From Candidatus Dojkabacteria bacterium (lineage in GTDB: Bacteria > Patescibacteriota > Dojkabacteria > GCA-002793355), in assembly GCA_030583685.1 (NCBI GenBank), contig CP129470.1, positions 635,412-699,411 on the forward strand: DNA of 64,000 nucleotides, written 5' to 3'. Below the pieces are notes generated by a model that was given only the letters and a program-made list of their open reading frames with translations, ran no database searches and was not told the origin of the DNA. Both the position numbers and the translations under genes were made by a program. Below, piece by piece: positions 47,322-56,688 of the stretch (its first letter is position 1; each line of letters starts with the position of its first letter).

Positions 47322-49115
47322 ATGGCTGAAGTATGGAGTTTTAACACAACCATCCGAAATCCTGAACGTCTAGAGTCGCTACTCAGAATCCTGTCCGACA
47401 TGGAGGGAGTGATCTTCGATGCACAAGGTCAAGAGCTCTTTTTTAGTTTGCAAATAAAGAAACGGTTTTACAAACCTAGTAGGAGTACTTTGGGAGAAGA
47501 ATTAGCGTCCGCAGTTTTTGATTCCGAGCAAAATGAAGAACTTGATGATAGTGTCGTTAGTAGTATTCTGGACCAATATAGAGGAAACGTCGATAGTGCT
47601 GGTCGTGGGCGAACCTCAGTTGCTGTTCTTAATAGATTTGGATTGAGTATTGCCCTTCAATCTCATGGTCCCGTAATTATTACGCCTTTAGGTAAGAAAT
47701 GGCTTAGCGGCGAAATTGATGATGAGGAACTTTTTACGCGTTTTCTGTTAAGATGGCAGTATCCGAACCCGATTGAAAGTGGGTATACCAATTACGATAT
47801 TAAACCTTTTCCAGCTGTGCTGCAGCTTATTAATGAAGTTAACATAAAATGGAAGGCTGCTGGTAATAATCCCGTAGGTATATCAAAAGATGAATATCGA
47901 CTTTTTGCATTATCATTACATCGGCAAAGTGATATTGTAAGTGCAGCAGAACAAATAATCGAACTCAGAAGGTGTGTCAACACTTTAGTTGGAACCGAGC
48001 GTTCAGATTATATAAATAGATTTACACAACAGCGTGTTATTGGGATTTTTGGTGACACAAATGATGAGCCGATTAGGAAACACATTAGTAATCTAAAAGA
48101 TTACACTGACTCATCTCTACGGTACTTTAGAACATCGGGCTTGATTACACTGCGTGGTGCGGGTCGGTATATAGACATTGCTGTTGATAAAAAAGTAGAG
48201 GTAGATAGTATTCTTAACGACGTTTCCTTAGAGTCAATTGGCTTTACTGAAGCTGCAGATTATCTTGCTTATCTCGGTGATTTATCCTATGAATTACCGT
48301 GGCAAAATGAGGAAGATCTACAGAGGATTAGCGAAAATCTTATGTCCGTTCTTGAATCTGAAGTCCAAGAAACTACGATTGAATTTGATTCTTCAACGAT
48401 CCACAACAAGACTCTTCCACAGAAAGTTAGTATACTCAAAGGCAGAATCAATCAGGTACGTATAGAAAAACTTCGATCACTTAAGCATGACTTAGAAGTA
48501 CTCGATGAAGCAATAGAGAAGTTGTCGAGTATTACTAGCCCAAGGTACGAAATCATAACATCCCGTCCATCTCTCGATTTAGAGTGGTATGTTTCAAGAG
48601 CGCTTATGGTTATCAATGATGCCATTAGAATTGACCCAAGTTTCAAGGTGGGGGATGACGGAGTACCAACTGGTTTTAGGGGTAAAATCTCTGATATTGA
48701 GTGTGAATATACGTCATTTGGATTGACGGTGGAGGTGACACTAATTAAGGGCCGAGACCAATGGTACGCAGAAGGACAGCCTGTTATGAGACACCTAAGA
48801 GATTTTGAAGACACTTTGCCTGAAGGCAAGGAAGCGTACTGTGTGTTTATTGCCCCTCATATTCACCGTGATACGTTAAATCAATTCTGGACTAGTAATA
48901 AATACGAATTTGAAGGAAGGCGGCAGAAAATTATACCTATTTCGATTGGTGAGTTTGTAGACTTCTTGCACAAAGCTCGTGAAATGATTCAATCGAGTAC
49001 TCTGGACCATAGTGCACTAAGAGAACTACTTAACAATATAACTTTATCAGTCGATACTTATTCTGACTCAATCGAGTGGCAAAGCAATATACATAATACT
49101 ATCTTAGGTTGGTAG
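47322..49115 (+). CDS. AlwI/PleI/MlyI/N.BstNBI-family type IIS restriction endonuclease
   Basis: 597 aa, the same size class as N.BstNBI/PleI. Motifs recalled from that family: FLLRWQYPNP (compare KWQYPS), SLRYFRTSGLITLRG (compare TRYFRYTGLFVARG), YCVFIAPHIHRDT (compare YCLFIAPEINKNT). Paired with a tandem-Dam MTase, as for GAGTC/GGATC type IIS systems. Confidence 0.7.
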   Translation: MAEVWSFNTTIRNPERLESLLRILSDMEGVIFDAQGQELFFSLQIKKRFYKPSRSTLGEELASAVFDSEQNEELDDSVVSSILDQYRGNVDSAGRGRTSVAVLNRFGLSIALQSHGPVIITPLGKKWLSGEIDDEELFTRFLLRWQYPNPIESGYTNYDIKPFPAVLQLINEVNIKWKAAGNNPVGISKDEYRLFALSLHRQSDIVSAAEQIIELRRCVNTLVGTERSDYINRFTQQRVIGIFGDTNDEPIRKHISNLKDYTDSSLRYFRTSGLITLRGAGRYIDIAVDKKVEVDSILNDVSLESIGFTEAADYLAYLGDLSYELPWQNEEDLQRISENLMSVLESEVQETTIEFDSSTIHNKTLPQKVSILKGRINQVRIEKLRSLKHDLEVLDEAIEKLSSITSPRYEIITSRPSLDLEWYVSRALMVINDAIRIDPSFKVGDDGVPTGFRGKISDIECEYTSFGLTVEVTLIKGRDQWYAEGQPVMRHLRDFEDTLPEGKEAYCVFIAPHIHRDTLNQFWTSNKYEFEGRRQKIIPISIGEFVDFLHKAREMIQSSTLDHSALRELLNNITLSVDTYSDSIEWQSNIHNTILGW

Positions 49116-49142
49116 CTAATGATTGGGGAATGATAGCATTTA

Positions 49143-49814
49143 TTAAGATTTGAATATTCGATTGAAGTAAAATCGTTTGAACAATTGCAAAATATTATGG
49201 TGTTTTTTCGCAATTTTTGAATGAGATCGTTGCATTCGATTTAGAATAAAGCTTAAAGAAGTTTTTGTTTGTTCTTCTCCAAATTTTGTTGCAAATGTTG
49301 ATACACCTTCCTCTTTATCGAACTTGATATCCATGAGATCATCTAATAGCTGGCGTAGTAGAAAGTAGTCGGCAATATAGTTTAAATCCTTAAATGAAAG
49401 TTGACTATTTGCTTTTTTTATCAAATTTGTTAGTGGTCGATGTCTATTAGTAATTGAAAGCAGTGTATCTCTTTTTACATTGTGAATCTCGAAGTAATCA
49501 CTCATTTTGTACAGCTCCCAGATAGAAATGATTTTCTCTGTTTGTATTGGGCTATCAGTGTAGTTAATAAAGATTAGTGTATCTGTAAAAATAGTATCGT
49601 AAATAGCATTTGGTCTTAAATTTTTGGAAATTGTGTTAAGACACCTGAGGTATGACCGGAGGTTAGGGTCGTTATTCGTTATTTCAAATGTTTTATAATA
49701 TTTAGTCAAAAAAACGCAATGATACAACGAGGGAAACTTTTTAGTCGAAAAAAATAAATACAAGAAAAGCGAGATACTGTTTGTAAGTAAAGTTTTTGTA
49801 ATTATGGATTCCAA
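49143..49814 (-). CDS. hypothetical protein in the AT-rich island. Contains a UbiA-like Asp-rich segment, but the protein is not strongly hydrophobic
   Basis: QLLDDLMDIKFDKEEGVSTFATKFG resembles the UbiA second motif (DDDLKIGIKSTAILFG), but there are no 8-9 TM helices and the protein is only 223 aa. Very AT-rich codon usage. Confidence 0.35.
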   Translation of the reverse strand: MESIITKTLLTNSISLFLYLFFSTKKFPSLYHCVFLTKYYKTFEITNNDPNLRSYLRCLNTISKNLRPNAIYDTIFTDTLIFINYTDSPIQTEKIISIWELYKMSDYFEIHNVKRDTLLSITNRHRPLTNLIKKANSQLSFKDLNYIADYFLLRQLLDDLMDIKFDKEEGVSTFATKFGEEQTKTSLSFILNRMQRSHSKIAKKHHNILQLFKRFYFNRIFKS

Positions 49815-50030
49815 GGCAGTTTGACTTTACTCAATAATGGTACGATAAACTCTACAACTTGATTGAATATTTCCATGAAGCTATGGTGAGCCATTTTTAT
49901 TAGAAAGTCAAGACCACATGTTTGTTGCACGACTTACAGTCTCTTTGAAAGTTCAAGCTATAGATACAGACAATCCATGAAAAAGATTGTATGGCTTCGT
50001 GAGCTGAATTATATGAGAGTATAATAATGA

Positions 50031-50972
50031 ATGGTAAAAAGGAGTAATGATACAAAGTCTCGTATGAACGTTGACTTGTTTAGCGATATAAAAATTGTCG
50101 ACGATGGGTGTTATTTAAAATTGCCTAATTTAAATTCAGACAAATATAGGACATATGATCCTGAGTATATCGTTACAGGTATGATAAAAACTAGAAGAAG
50201 AAAGATTAATGAATTATGGAAAGTTTTCAGAGGAACGCAGGATAACGATTTTTTGAATCAGTACAAATACGATAAAAATTTCTCTTCACGGATGTGGGAA
50301 ATGTATATTGGAGTTATATTGCTTAATAATGGTTGTAAGATTAATGCTAAAAATAACTCTCATTTAGATTTCTTTGTAAATGATTCTTTCTACATAGAAT
50401 GTGTATACCCTCAAAATGCAAACTGTCAAGATAAGCCTGACTATGTTAAGCCGTTGCTTAGGAAAAATAATATCACCGAAAGACCTGAAGAGAGTTTCAA
50501 AACAAGAATTACAAGTTCCATTGCAGATAAGTATAGAAAATACCGGGAAAAGTTAGAGAATGGTAGTGTCAATGAAAATGTGCCCTATGTACTTGCAATA
50601 AATACTGCTTTTAGGGATATGCCCGATGGGATTGTCCATTCTTTATTATTTGGGTATGGCAATACCCAAATCTTATACCAGCGTGATAAATCAGATTTTG
50701 GTACAAAAGTGGTTGCCTATGACAAGGAGAGTATATCTTATATCCTCAAAAGTTTCTGTAAAAAGGTTACAATTGGATACTTTGAGAACAATGAATTTGA
50801 CGGAATAAGTGCAGTCATTTGTTGTAATAATCATATTATTAATTCATCAAAAGAACCTGGCGCAGATTGTTATATAATACGGAATCCATATGCAAAAAAT
50901 GTATTGTGTAACCAAATTAATTTCATTTCAGAAATTTACAGAGAAGATAACTTTGATGGTATATTCTGGTAA
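50031..50972 (+). CDS. hypothetical protein (313 aa) in the AT-rich island
   Basis: Long AT-rich ORF with TATAAT about 5 nt upstream of the ATG (leaderless-type). No motif. Its position next to the R-M system suggests a defence or mobile-element cargo role. Confidence 0.5.
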   Translation: MVKRSNDTKSRMNVDLFSDIKIVDDGCYLKLPNLNSDKYRTYDPEYIVTGMIKTRRRKINELWKVFRGTQDNDFLNQYKYDKNFSSRMWEMYIGVILLNNGCKINAKNNSHLDFFVNDSFYIECVYPQNANCQDKPDYVKPLLRKNNITERPEESFKTRITSSIADKYRKYREKLENGSVNENVPYVLAINTAFRDMPDGIVHSLLFGYGNTQILYQRDKSDFGTKVVAYDKESISYILKSFCKKVTIGYFENNEFDGISAVICCNNHIINSSKEPGADCYIIRNPYAKNVLCNQINFISEIYREDNFDGIFW

Positions 50973-51043
50973 CAATATCAAGATGTATAGTGAATCAAAA
51001 AATGCTATATGTTTGGTCTATCGATATATGCATATTGAAGTTT

Positions 51044-53668
51044 TTACCCCTCATTCACCACCTTCTTTAACTGTTCTACCAGCAGGAGGGCTTGGAGGGG
51101 GGTGAGGTTGTTTGGGTCGACGTCTGAGAGTAATTCCTTGACTCGTTTACTTTGCTCGCTTTCAATGGTGCGTGGGGTAGAAAAGAGGTCGAGTTGCGAG
51201 TCGTTTGTTTCCTTGGAGCGTGCGGGTTGTCTAGGAACGGTTAATTCCTTCCCTTCTACGGACAGGGCTCTGGTTTCAAAGGAATTGAGCACCTCAAAGG
51301 CGGTATCGATAATTTCCTTGGGTAAATTGACCAGTTTTGCAACCTGAATACCATAGCTTTTATCACTTCTGCCTCGAGTAATGGTGTGCAAGAAATAAAT
51401 GGTATCGTTTTCCTCTTTCAAGTTGACCTTGTAGTTGATAAATTTCTGGGATAACTCCTCTAAATCGGTTAACTCACGAAAATGTGTGGTGAATATGGTG
51501 GTGCAGCCAATTTTATGGGCAAGATACTGTGCAATGCCCCAGGCAAGCGAAATTCCTTCGTAGGTGCTGGTGCCTCGGCCAACTTCGTCAAGAATGACCA
51601 AAGAATGTGGCGTTGCCTGTGATACGATATAGGCAACCTCCGAAAGTTCAACCATAAAGGTGCTTTTTCCCGTAGAAATATCGTCTGATGCACCAATTCG
51701 CGCAAAGACTTTGTCGACCAAGGGAAGTGTCGCTCGTTCAACGGGAATATACGAACCGATTTGTGCCATAATCTGTAAGAGTGCAATCTGGCGAACGAAT
51801 GTTGATTTTCCTCCCATGTTTGGTCCAGTCAAAATCAAGAAGTTGCTGTCTTGGGTGATTTCCAAATCATTCGCGACAAATTCGGAGACAGTGTTTTCAA
51901 CAACGGGGTGGCGCATGCCGGTTATCTGCATGGTTCTTTCGGTTGTGGTAAGGGTTGGTCGCGTGTAGCGTTTAGTCAACGCTGAAGTCGCAAAACTGGT
52001 TAAAACATCAACAGTTGCGACCATTCTGCCGAGTGCAACCAATTCAGGAATATACTCCTGCAGTTCAGAAATAAGTGCTTTATACAATTCCGCCTCAAGA
52101 AGCTGCATATTGTCCCGTGCTGACAGTACTTGTGCCTCAAGTTGTTTTAGTTCTTCGGTAATATATCGCTCTGTGTTCACCAGCGTCTGTTTTTTTATAA
52201 AATGCGCCGGTGCGTTGGCACTTTGTATACGGGATAATTCGAAGGAATACCCAAAAATATTGTTAAAACTGAGTTTTAAGCCGGGAAGATCGTGGGATAC
52301 TTTCTCTTTTTGGTAAAGGTCTTGAATGTACCGTTCACCATTTGTTGACAGTTCGACCAATTTGTCCAATTCTTGATTGTGTCCCATAGAGACGAAGGTC
52401 GGGCGGTCTCCGTTATCTGATAGTATATTTCGGACTTTTGCGATGAACGCTGATAATTTTATCTTTTGTGTTTTTTCGATTTTTGGGATTGCGGGTAATT
52501 TTTCATGGAGCACAGTAAGTGAAATTCCTTTTTCGACTGCATCCGCCAGTGCGAGTACTTGTCGAAAATGAATTCGTCCGAGACCAAGTGCGCTGGTCAA
52601 TCGCTGGATATCAGGGTAGCGTTGCAACAGGTTTCGAGTCTCTTGATAATGACTGCTGTTTCGTGTATAATGCTCAACTGTATCGTATCTACGGCCCAAT
52701 TCTTCAGGGTCCGTTAACGGAAAGGAAAGCCACTCATACAAGAGGCGGTGACCGGGCGCTGTTTGTGTCTGGTCAAGTATTCCGAGGAGCGATCCTTCAA
52801 GACGATGTGTCTTGAGGTTGTAAAAAAGTTCTAAATTTCTCTGAGTGGTTGGGTCAATCTGGAGTGTATGTCTTAGATTAAAATACTCGAGGGTGGTAAT
52901 GTGTTTTGGTTCAGTTTTTTTTGTTTCTGCAAAATATGTGAGTAAAACGCCGGAGGCTATAGTTGCAAGGGGGTATTCAGAGAGTCCCAGTGGGTCTAGA
53001 TTGGGTACACTAAAGTGAGACAGGAGCGTTTTGGTACTTTTTTCTAAAGAAAATTCTTTATCCTCTAGTGGCTGGATAACCATTCGGTCATGTTTTCGAT
53101 ACTGATATCCATCTTTCATCGACTTTAAGAGCTCTTTGATTCCTAATTGTTCCAAAATATCATCAATCTCTTCGTGATTCTTGGTGACATTTCCTTCATA
53201 CACCTTAAATTCACCGGTTGAAATGTCTGCAAACGCAAGTCCAAACTTTTGTGGAGTGGTCACAATACAGGCAATATAATTCTTGTTTTGCGAGAGTAAT
53301 TCTTCTTGTGTTGCGATGGTCCCTTGGGTAATAACTTCAGTTACCGCACGCTTCACAATACCTTTTGCATTTTTTGGGTTTTCCATTTGACGGGCAACGG
53401 CCACTTTTAGCCCTGCGGCAATGAGCTTTGGTAGATACTCATCAAGCGCTTTTTGTGGGAAGCCCGCCATCGGTGGTGCTTTTTCATCTTTTGACCGACT
53501 GGTCAGCACAATGCCAAGCACTTCGGAAACTTTGACCGCGTCGTCGTAGAAACATTCAAAAAAGTCTCCCATTTGAAAAAGTAAGAGGGCATCTGGATAT
53601 TCCGCCTTGATGGCAGCGTATTGCGCCATCAGTGGCTTAGTTTCGGTCATATGGGAATTGTAACACAT
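51044..53668 (-). CDS. mutS: DNA mismatch repair protein MutS
   Basis: N-terminus MTETKPLMAQYAAIKAEYPDALLLFQMGDFFECFYDDA (mismatch-binding domain). Walker A GPNMGGKSTF. MutS domain V (ILDEVGRGTSTYEG). 874 aa. Confidence 0.95.
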   Translation of the reverse strand: MCYNSHMTETKPLMAQYAAIKAEYPDALLLFQMGDFFECFYDDAVKVSEVLGIVLTSRSKDEKAPPMAGFPQKALDEYLPKLIAAGLKVAVARQMENPKNAKGIVKRAVTEVITQGTIATQEELLSQNKNYIACIVTTPQKFGLAFADISTGEFKVYEGNVTKNHEEIDDILEQLGIKELLKSMKDGYQYRKHDRMVIQPLEDKEFSLEKSTKTLLSHFSVPNLDPLGLSEYPLATIASGVLLTYFAETKKTEPKHITTLEYFNLRHTLQIDPTTQRNLELFYNLKTHRLEGSLLGILDQTQTAPGHRLLYEWLSFPLTDPEELGRRYDTVEHYTRNSSHYQETRNLLQRYPDIQRLTSALGLGRIHFRQVLALADAVEKGISLTVLHEKLPAIPKIEKTQKIKLSAFIAKVRNILSDNGDRPTFVSMGHNQELDKLVELSTNGERYIQDLYQKEKVSHDLPGLKLSFNNIFGYSFELSRIQSANAPAHFIKKQTLVNTERYITEELKQLEAQVLSARDNMQLLEAELYKALISELQEYIPELVALGRMVATVDVLTSFATSALTKRYTRPTLTTTERTMQITGMRHPVVENTVSEFVANDLEITQDSNFLILTGPNMGGKSTFVRQIALLQIMAQIGSYIPVERATLPLVDKVFARIGASDDISTGKSTFMVELSEVAYIVSQATPHSLVILDEVGRGTSTYEGISLAWGIAQYLAHKIGCTTIFTTHFRELTDLEELSQKFINYKVNLKEENDTIYFLHTITRGRSDKSYGIQVAKLVNLPKEIIDTAFEVLNSFETRALSVEGKELTVPRQPARSKETNDSQLDLFSTPRTIESEQSKRVKELLSDVDPNNLTPLQALLLVEQLKKVVNEG

Positions 53669-53744
53669 AAAATCGGGTGATTTCCTGTATGATCAGCTCA
53701 CTTGGCAAACGTTTGTTCCAGGAACATTCTCTGACATAGTCAAC

Positions 53745-53774
53745 TTGCAGAATGAGAAGAGGAAATGGTATAAT
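53745..53774 (+). promoter_or_regulatory. promoter TTGCAG-18-TATAAT ending 7 nt before the ATG at 53782 (leaderless-type)
   Basis: Read directly. Divergent from mutS. Confidence 0.4.
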
Positions 53775-53781
53775 ATAGGAT

Positions 53782-54339
53782 ATGGTAGTCCCTGCATCAA
53801 GAAATGTGCCGACAAGGCGAGCAACGCCACCTCACTCTGAAAGTCATAGGGTAGAGGATCAAACCAATTATGACTATTCTTGTCGCTTAGCGAGCAGTAT
53901 TGCAGTAAATACTGGAATCCCGCCAAAAACTCGTTGGAAAATTCAAGTAGACCGTCATGAAGACGAAGAACATTGGAAGATTGCGAATGCTGCAAGCGGG
54001 CCGGATGTTTCAATAGAATTCAAGCTTGGTGCAGAGGAAACCCTTGTGGCAAATGTAAGAGTGGCGAGGTTAGATTTCGAAAGAACTGCCCTTGACAGTT
54101 TGACTGCTGTGTATGTTTGTACTAAAAAAGGCGATATTGAGCTCAGAAATGCATCGTATAGAGTAGATAATGCATATTATACAATAACAAATAGAACGCA
54201 AGAACCACTGGATTCACCGACCAAGTTTGTCTACAAAGTAATCAAAATTCAAGGAAATAGCCTGTTGAAAGAGGAAAATGTATCAAGCGGTCAAGCTTAT
54301 AGCATTCTTCAGCAAAAAGTTGCATCCTTCTTTCAATAG
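53782..54339 (+). CDS. hypothetical protein
   Basis: 185-aa ORF. The promoter-like element directly upstream supports this start. No motif. Confidence 0.45.
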   Translation: MVVPASRNVPTRRATPPHSESHRVEDQTNYDYSCRLASSIAVNTGIPPKTRWKIQVDRHEDEEHWKIANAASGPDVSIEFKLGAEETLVANVRVARLDFERTALDSLTAVYVCTKKGDIELRNASYRVDNAYYTITNRTQEPLDSPTKFVYKVIKIQGNSLLKEENVSSGQAYSILQQKVASFFQ

Positions 54340-54342
54340 CAT

Positions 54343-56616
54343 TTACCCTAACTGTACACCAACCACTTCCTCACCAATTTTTTCCACATCTTCTGCGGTA
54401 ACCGAGGGGAGTGACTCGACAAATACCAGCACATTTACCCCTTTCTTCACGACTGGTTTCATTTCTTTACGGAGCGGTACGGTAAAATAAGGCTTATCAA
54501 GGGTAATTCCAAGGTAGCTCCATTTTTGCTTCTTCAATGATTCAACGGTTCTTTCAACTAATTGCCATAATTCTGGGTCAATTTCGGTTGCACCAGGTTT
54601 GAAGGCAGTTGCTAAATCCTGCATAGCGAAAAAGACACCGTCAACGGATAAGTCAGAGACCGATTTCGAATTCATAACGCCATACAGCGTTGAAAAGGCA
54701 ACAACCATATGAATTTTTTTGGAACGTCGAATACCAAGTGCCGAAAGTGCCCGTTTTGTAGCGAGCACCTCATCAAAGGAACCGGTGACCGGTAGGAGGA
54801 GAACGAGCGTCCCGTTGAGTTGCTTCTTTAATTTCTTGATACTGAGAATGGTGGACTTTTTCGTATCGAGAACGGGAACGATCAAAAGTTCAGCGTCTGG
54901 AAATTGTTTCGCATCGTCTAAGGAGACGGTAAAGGTGAAGTTGCTGATATCAGTATCACGCAAAAAGAGTTTTATGGGGAAATTCTTTTTTGCTTTTTTG
55001 GTTGTAGTTGTAGTTTCAGGAGTACTCTCTGTTTTTGTAGGCGGAGGCGCTGGCACGGGAGCAGGAGCTGGTGGCATTTCCTTGACAGGAGTAGAAACCG
55101 CAGTTTTTGCAGCAGTCTTCTTCTTTTTCTTTTTGCGTAGAATCCTTTTCACAGGTTGTTCTGGAAGTTCTTCAGGAAGAAAATCAACACGATACACAGC
55201 GCCAGAAGAACCATCTATTTTGAGTAAAGTGCCGGATTGCACGTAAGTTGTGCCAATACGGGTGCCAACAACAGCGGGAATATTTGCAGAACGGGTGAGC
55301 AATCCGACATCACTATTTGCACCGCCGAAATTTGAGACAACACCACCTGCCAAGGCGAAGAGTGGTTCAAGTGTTGCGGTAAATTCATTGACAAAGAGAA
55401 TATGGCGCTTGCTAATGGTGCTTTGCAGGTGCGCAAGCGCCTCGCCAGAAATGCTTTCTGCATTTGGCAGCAAGAGAGCTTCACCATACGCAACACCAGT
55501 TCCTGCAGCAATTCCAGTAAATAGGAGGGTTTCTGGTGGGAGTACGGGAGCAGGTTTCTCAGGTTTCGTATCTTTTGTAATAATGAGTGGAGTAGAATCG
55601 GCAATTTTACTAAATGAGTCTAAATCAGAGGCTGTGGTCACTTTGCGTGAGACCTCCTGAACCTTCTGAAATGTGTTTTCTGATGCGTGAGAAAGCGGTT
55701 TTGCTTGGAGAATATAAAGACTTCCGCGTTCCATGGCCCATTCAATAATTTGCGGTTCTCCGAAGGATTTTTCAACAACGTCAGCAAGTTTGGTGAGTTC
55801 TCTGATCAACATGTCGTCTAATTTTTGGGAGTATTGCCACATCTGGGAGATGGTAATCTTCTGTAAGTGTTCTAGTTCGTTGGCGTCTCCCATTTTGCGA
55901 ACTTTCATCCACTCTTGTGGAACAATCTTTTTTTCGACAATATCCAATGATTCTTTTGAAACAGTATAAATGTCTGGGTTAACACTTCCTTCTGCCAAGA
56001 CGTCACCTAGCCCAAAGACTGCTTCAATTGAAACATGCGACGGATTGTTTGTGATTGGATCGTAGGTATACATAATCCCCGAAACCTCCGCTTGAATCAT
56101 TTTTTGAATAATCACCGCAGTACTGACATCACCGTAAGAAATTTTGTTTCGTTTGAGATAGTCGTAGGTTCTATCGGTAAAAAGCGAGAGGTAAACTTCT
56201 TTCAGTGCAGCTTCGATTTCTTGACTTCCGCGTACGTTTAATTTTGATGCTAACAATCCGCTAAAGGATGTTTGTTCATGACTTGTTGCCACAACAGAAG
56301 ACCGCGCCGCGACCCATGCTTTCCCAAAACCTGAGAGTTTGCCGTATTCAGCTGCAATGAGTGCTTTTGTCTCCTCATCAAGCGTGAGCGAGGAAATACT
56401 TTTTCGAAAATCTTCCAAGGAAGAAACTTGCTTATCTTTGAAAATACGAGCAACAAATTTTGAATACCAATCAGCAGGAATGATGAAAAAAGGAGGAACG
56501 GGGATTTTGTTCTGAACAAGATGGGCAAGGCTCACACCTTTGCGGCCGAGTGTTTTTTCCGTTACGGGTTTTGATTGTGCAGACAAGAAGTCTTTATAAA
56601 ACAAGGGCTGTGTCAT
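54343..56616 (-). CDS. PEP-utilising-enzyme homolog: PPDK_N (ATP-grasp) domain plus a swivel 'mobile' domain whose catalytic His is replaced, a Pro-rich linker and an unknown C-terminal domain
   Basis: N-terminal TLGRKGVSLAHL...IPVPPFFII matches pyruvate phosphate dikinase / PEP synthase PPDK_N. The mobile-domain motif GGANSDVGLLTRSANIPAVVG compares with canonical GG.TSHAAI.ARE.GIPAVVG, i.e. His to Asp. A PAPAPVPAPPP linker precedes a roughly 230-aa C-terminal region. Confidence 0.65.
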   Translation of the reverse strand: MTQPLFYKDFLSAQSKPVTEKTLGRKGVSLAHLVQNKIPVPPFFIIPADWYSKFVARIFKDKQVSSLEDFRKSISSLTLDEETKALIAAEYGKLSGFGKAWVAARSSVVATSHEQTSFSGLLASKLNVRGSQEIEAALKEVYLSLFTDRTYDYLKRNKISYGDVSTAVIIQKMIQAEVSGIMYTYDPITNNPSHVSIEAVFGLGDVLAEGSVNPDIYTVSKESLDIVEKKIVPQEWMKVRKMGDANELEHLQKITISQMWQYSQKLDDMLIRELTKLADVVEKSFGEPQIIEWAMERGSLYILQAKPLSHASENTFQKVQEVSRKVTTASDLDSFSKIADSTPLIITKDTKPEKPAPVLPPETLLFTGIAAGTGVAYGEALLLPNAESISGEALAHLQSTISKRHILFVNEFTATLEPLFALAGGVVSNFGGANSDVGLLTRSANIPAVVGTRIGTTYVQSGTLLKIDGSSGAVYRVDFLPEELPEQPVKRILRKKKKKKTAAKTAVSTPVKEMPPAPAPVPAPPPTKTESTPETTTTTKKAKKNFPIKLFLRDTDISNFTFTVSLDDAKQFPDAELLIVPVLDTKKSTILSIKKLKKQLNGTLVLLLPVTGSFDEVLATKRALSALGIRRSKKIHMVVAFSTLYGVMNSKSVSDLSVDGVFFAMQDLATAFKPGATEIDPELWQLVERTVESLKKQKWSYLGITLDKPYFTVPLRKEMKPVVKKGVNVLVFVESLPSVTAEDVEKIGEEVVGVQLG

Positions 56617-56636
56617 AAATACAACAGGGTACGGTA

Positions 56637-56665
56637 TTCACACACTATTGTCAATGAGGTATAAT
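56637..56665 (+). promoter_or_regulatory. promoter TTCACA-17-TATAAT upstream of the GT2 synthase gene
   Basis: Read directly. ATG at 56689. Confidence 0.45.
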
Positions 56666-56688
56666 ACGGTAAAGATTGACAAAACCGC

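Noticed and set aside
49143-49814. Calling this ORF a UbiA prenyltransferase
   Set aside because: Only one Asp-rich segment matches. The protein is too short, lacks the first NDxxDxxxD motif and lacks the 8-9 hydrophobic helices. Kept as hypothetical with a note.
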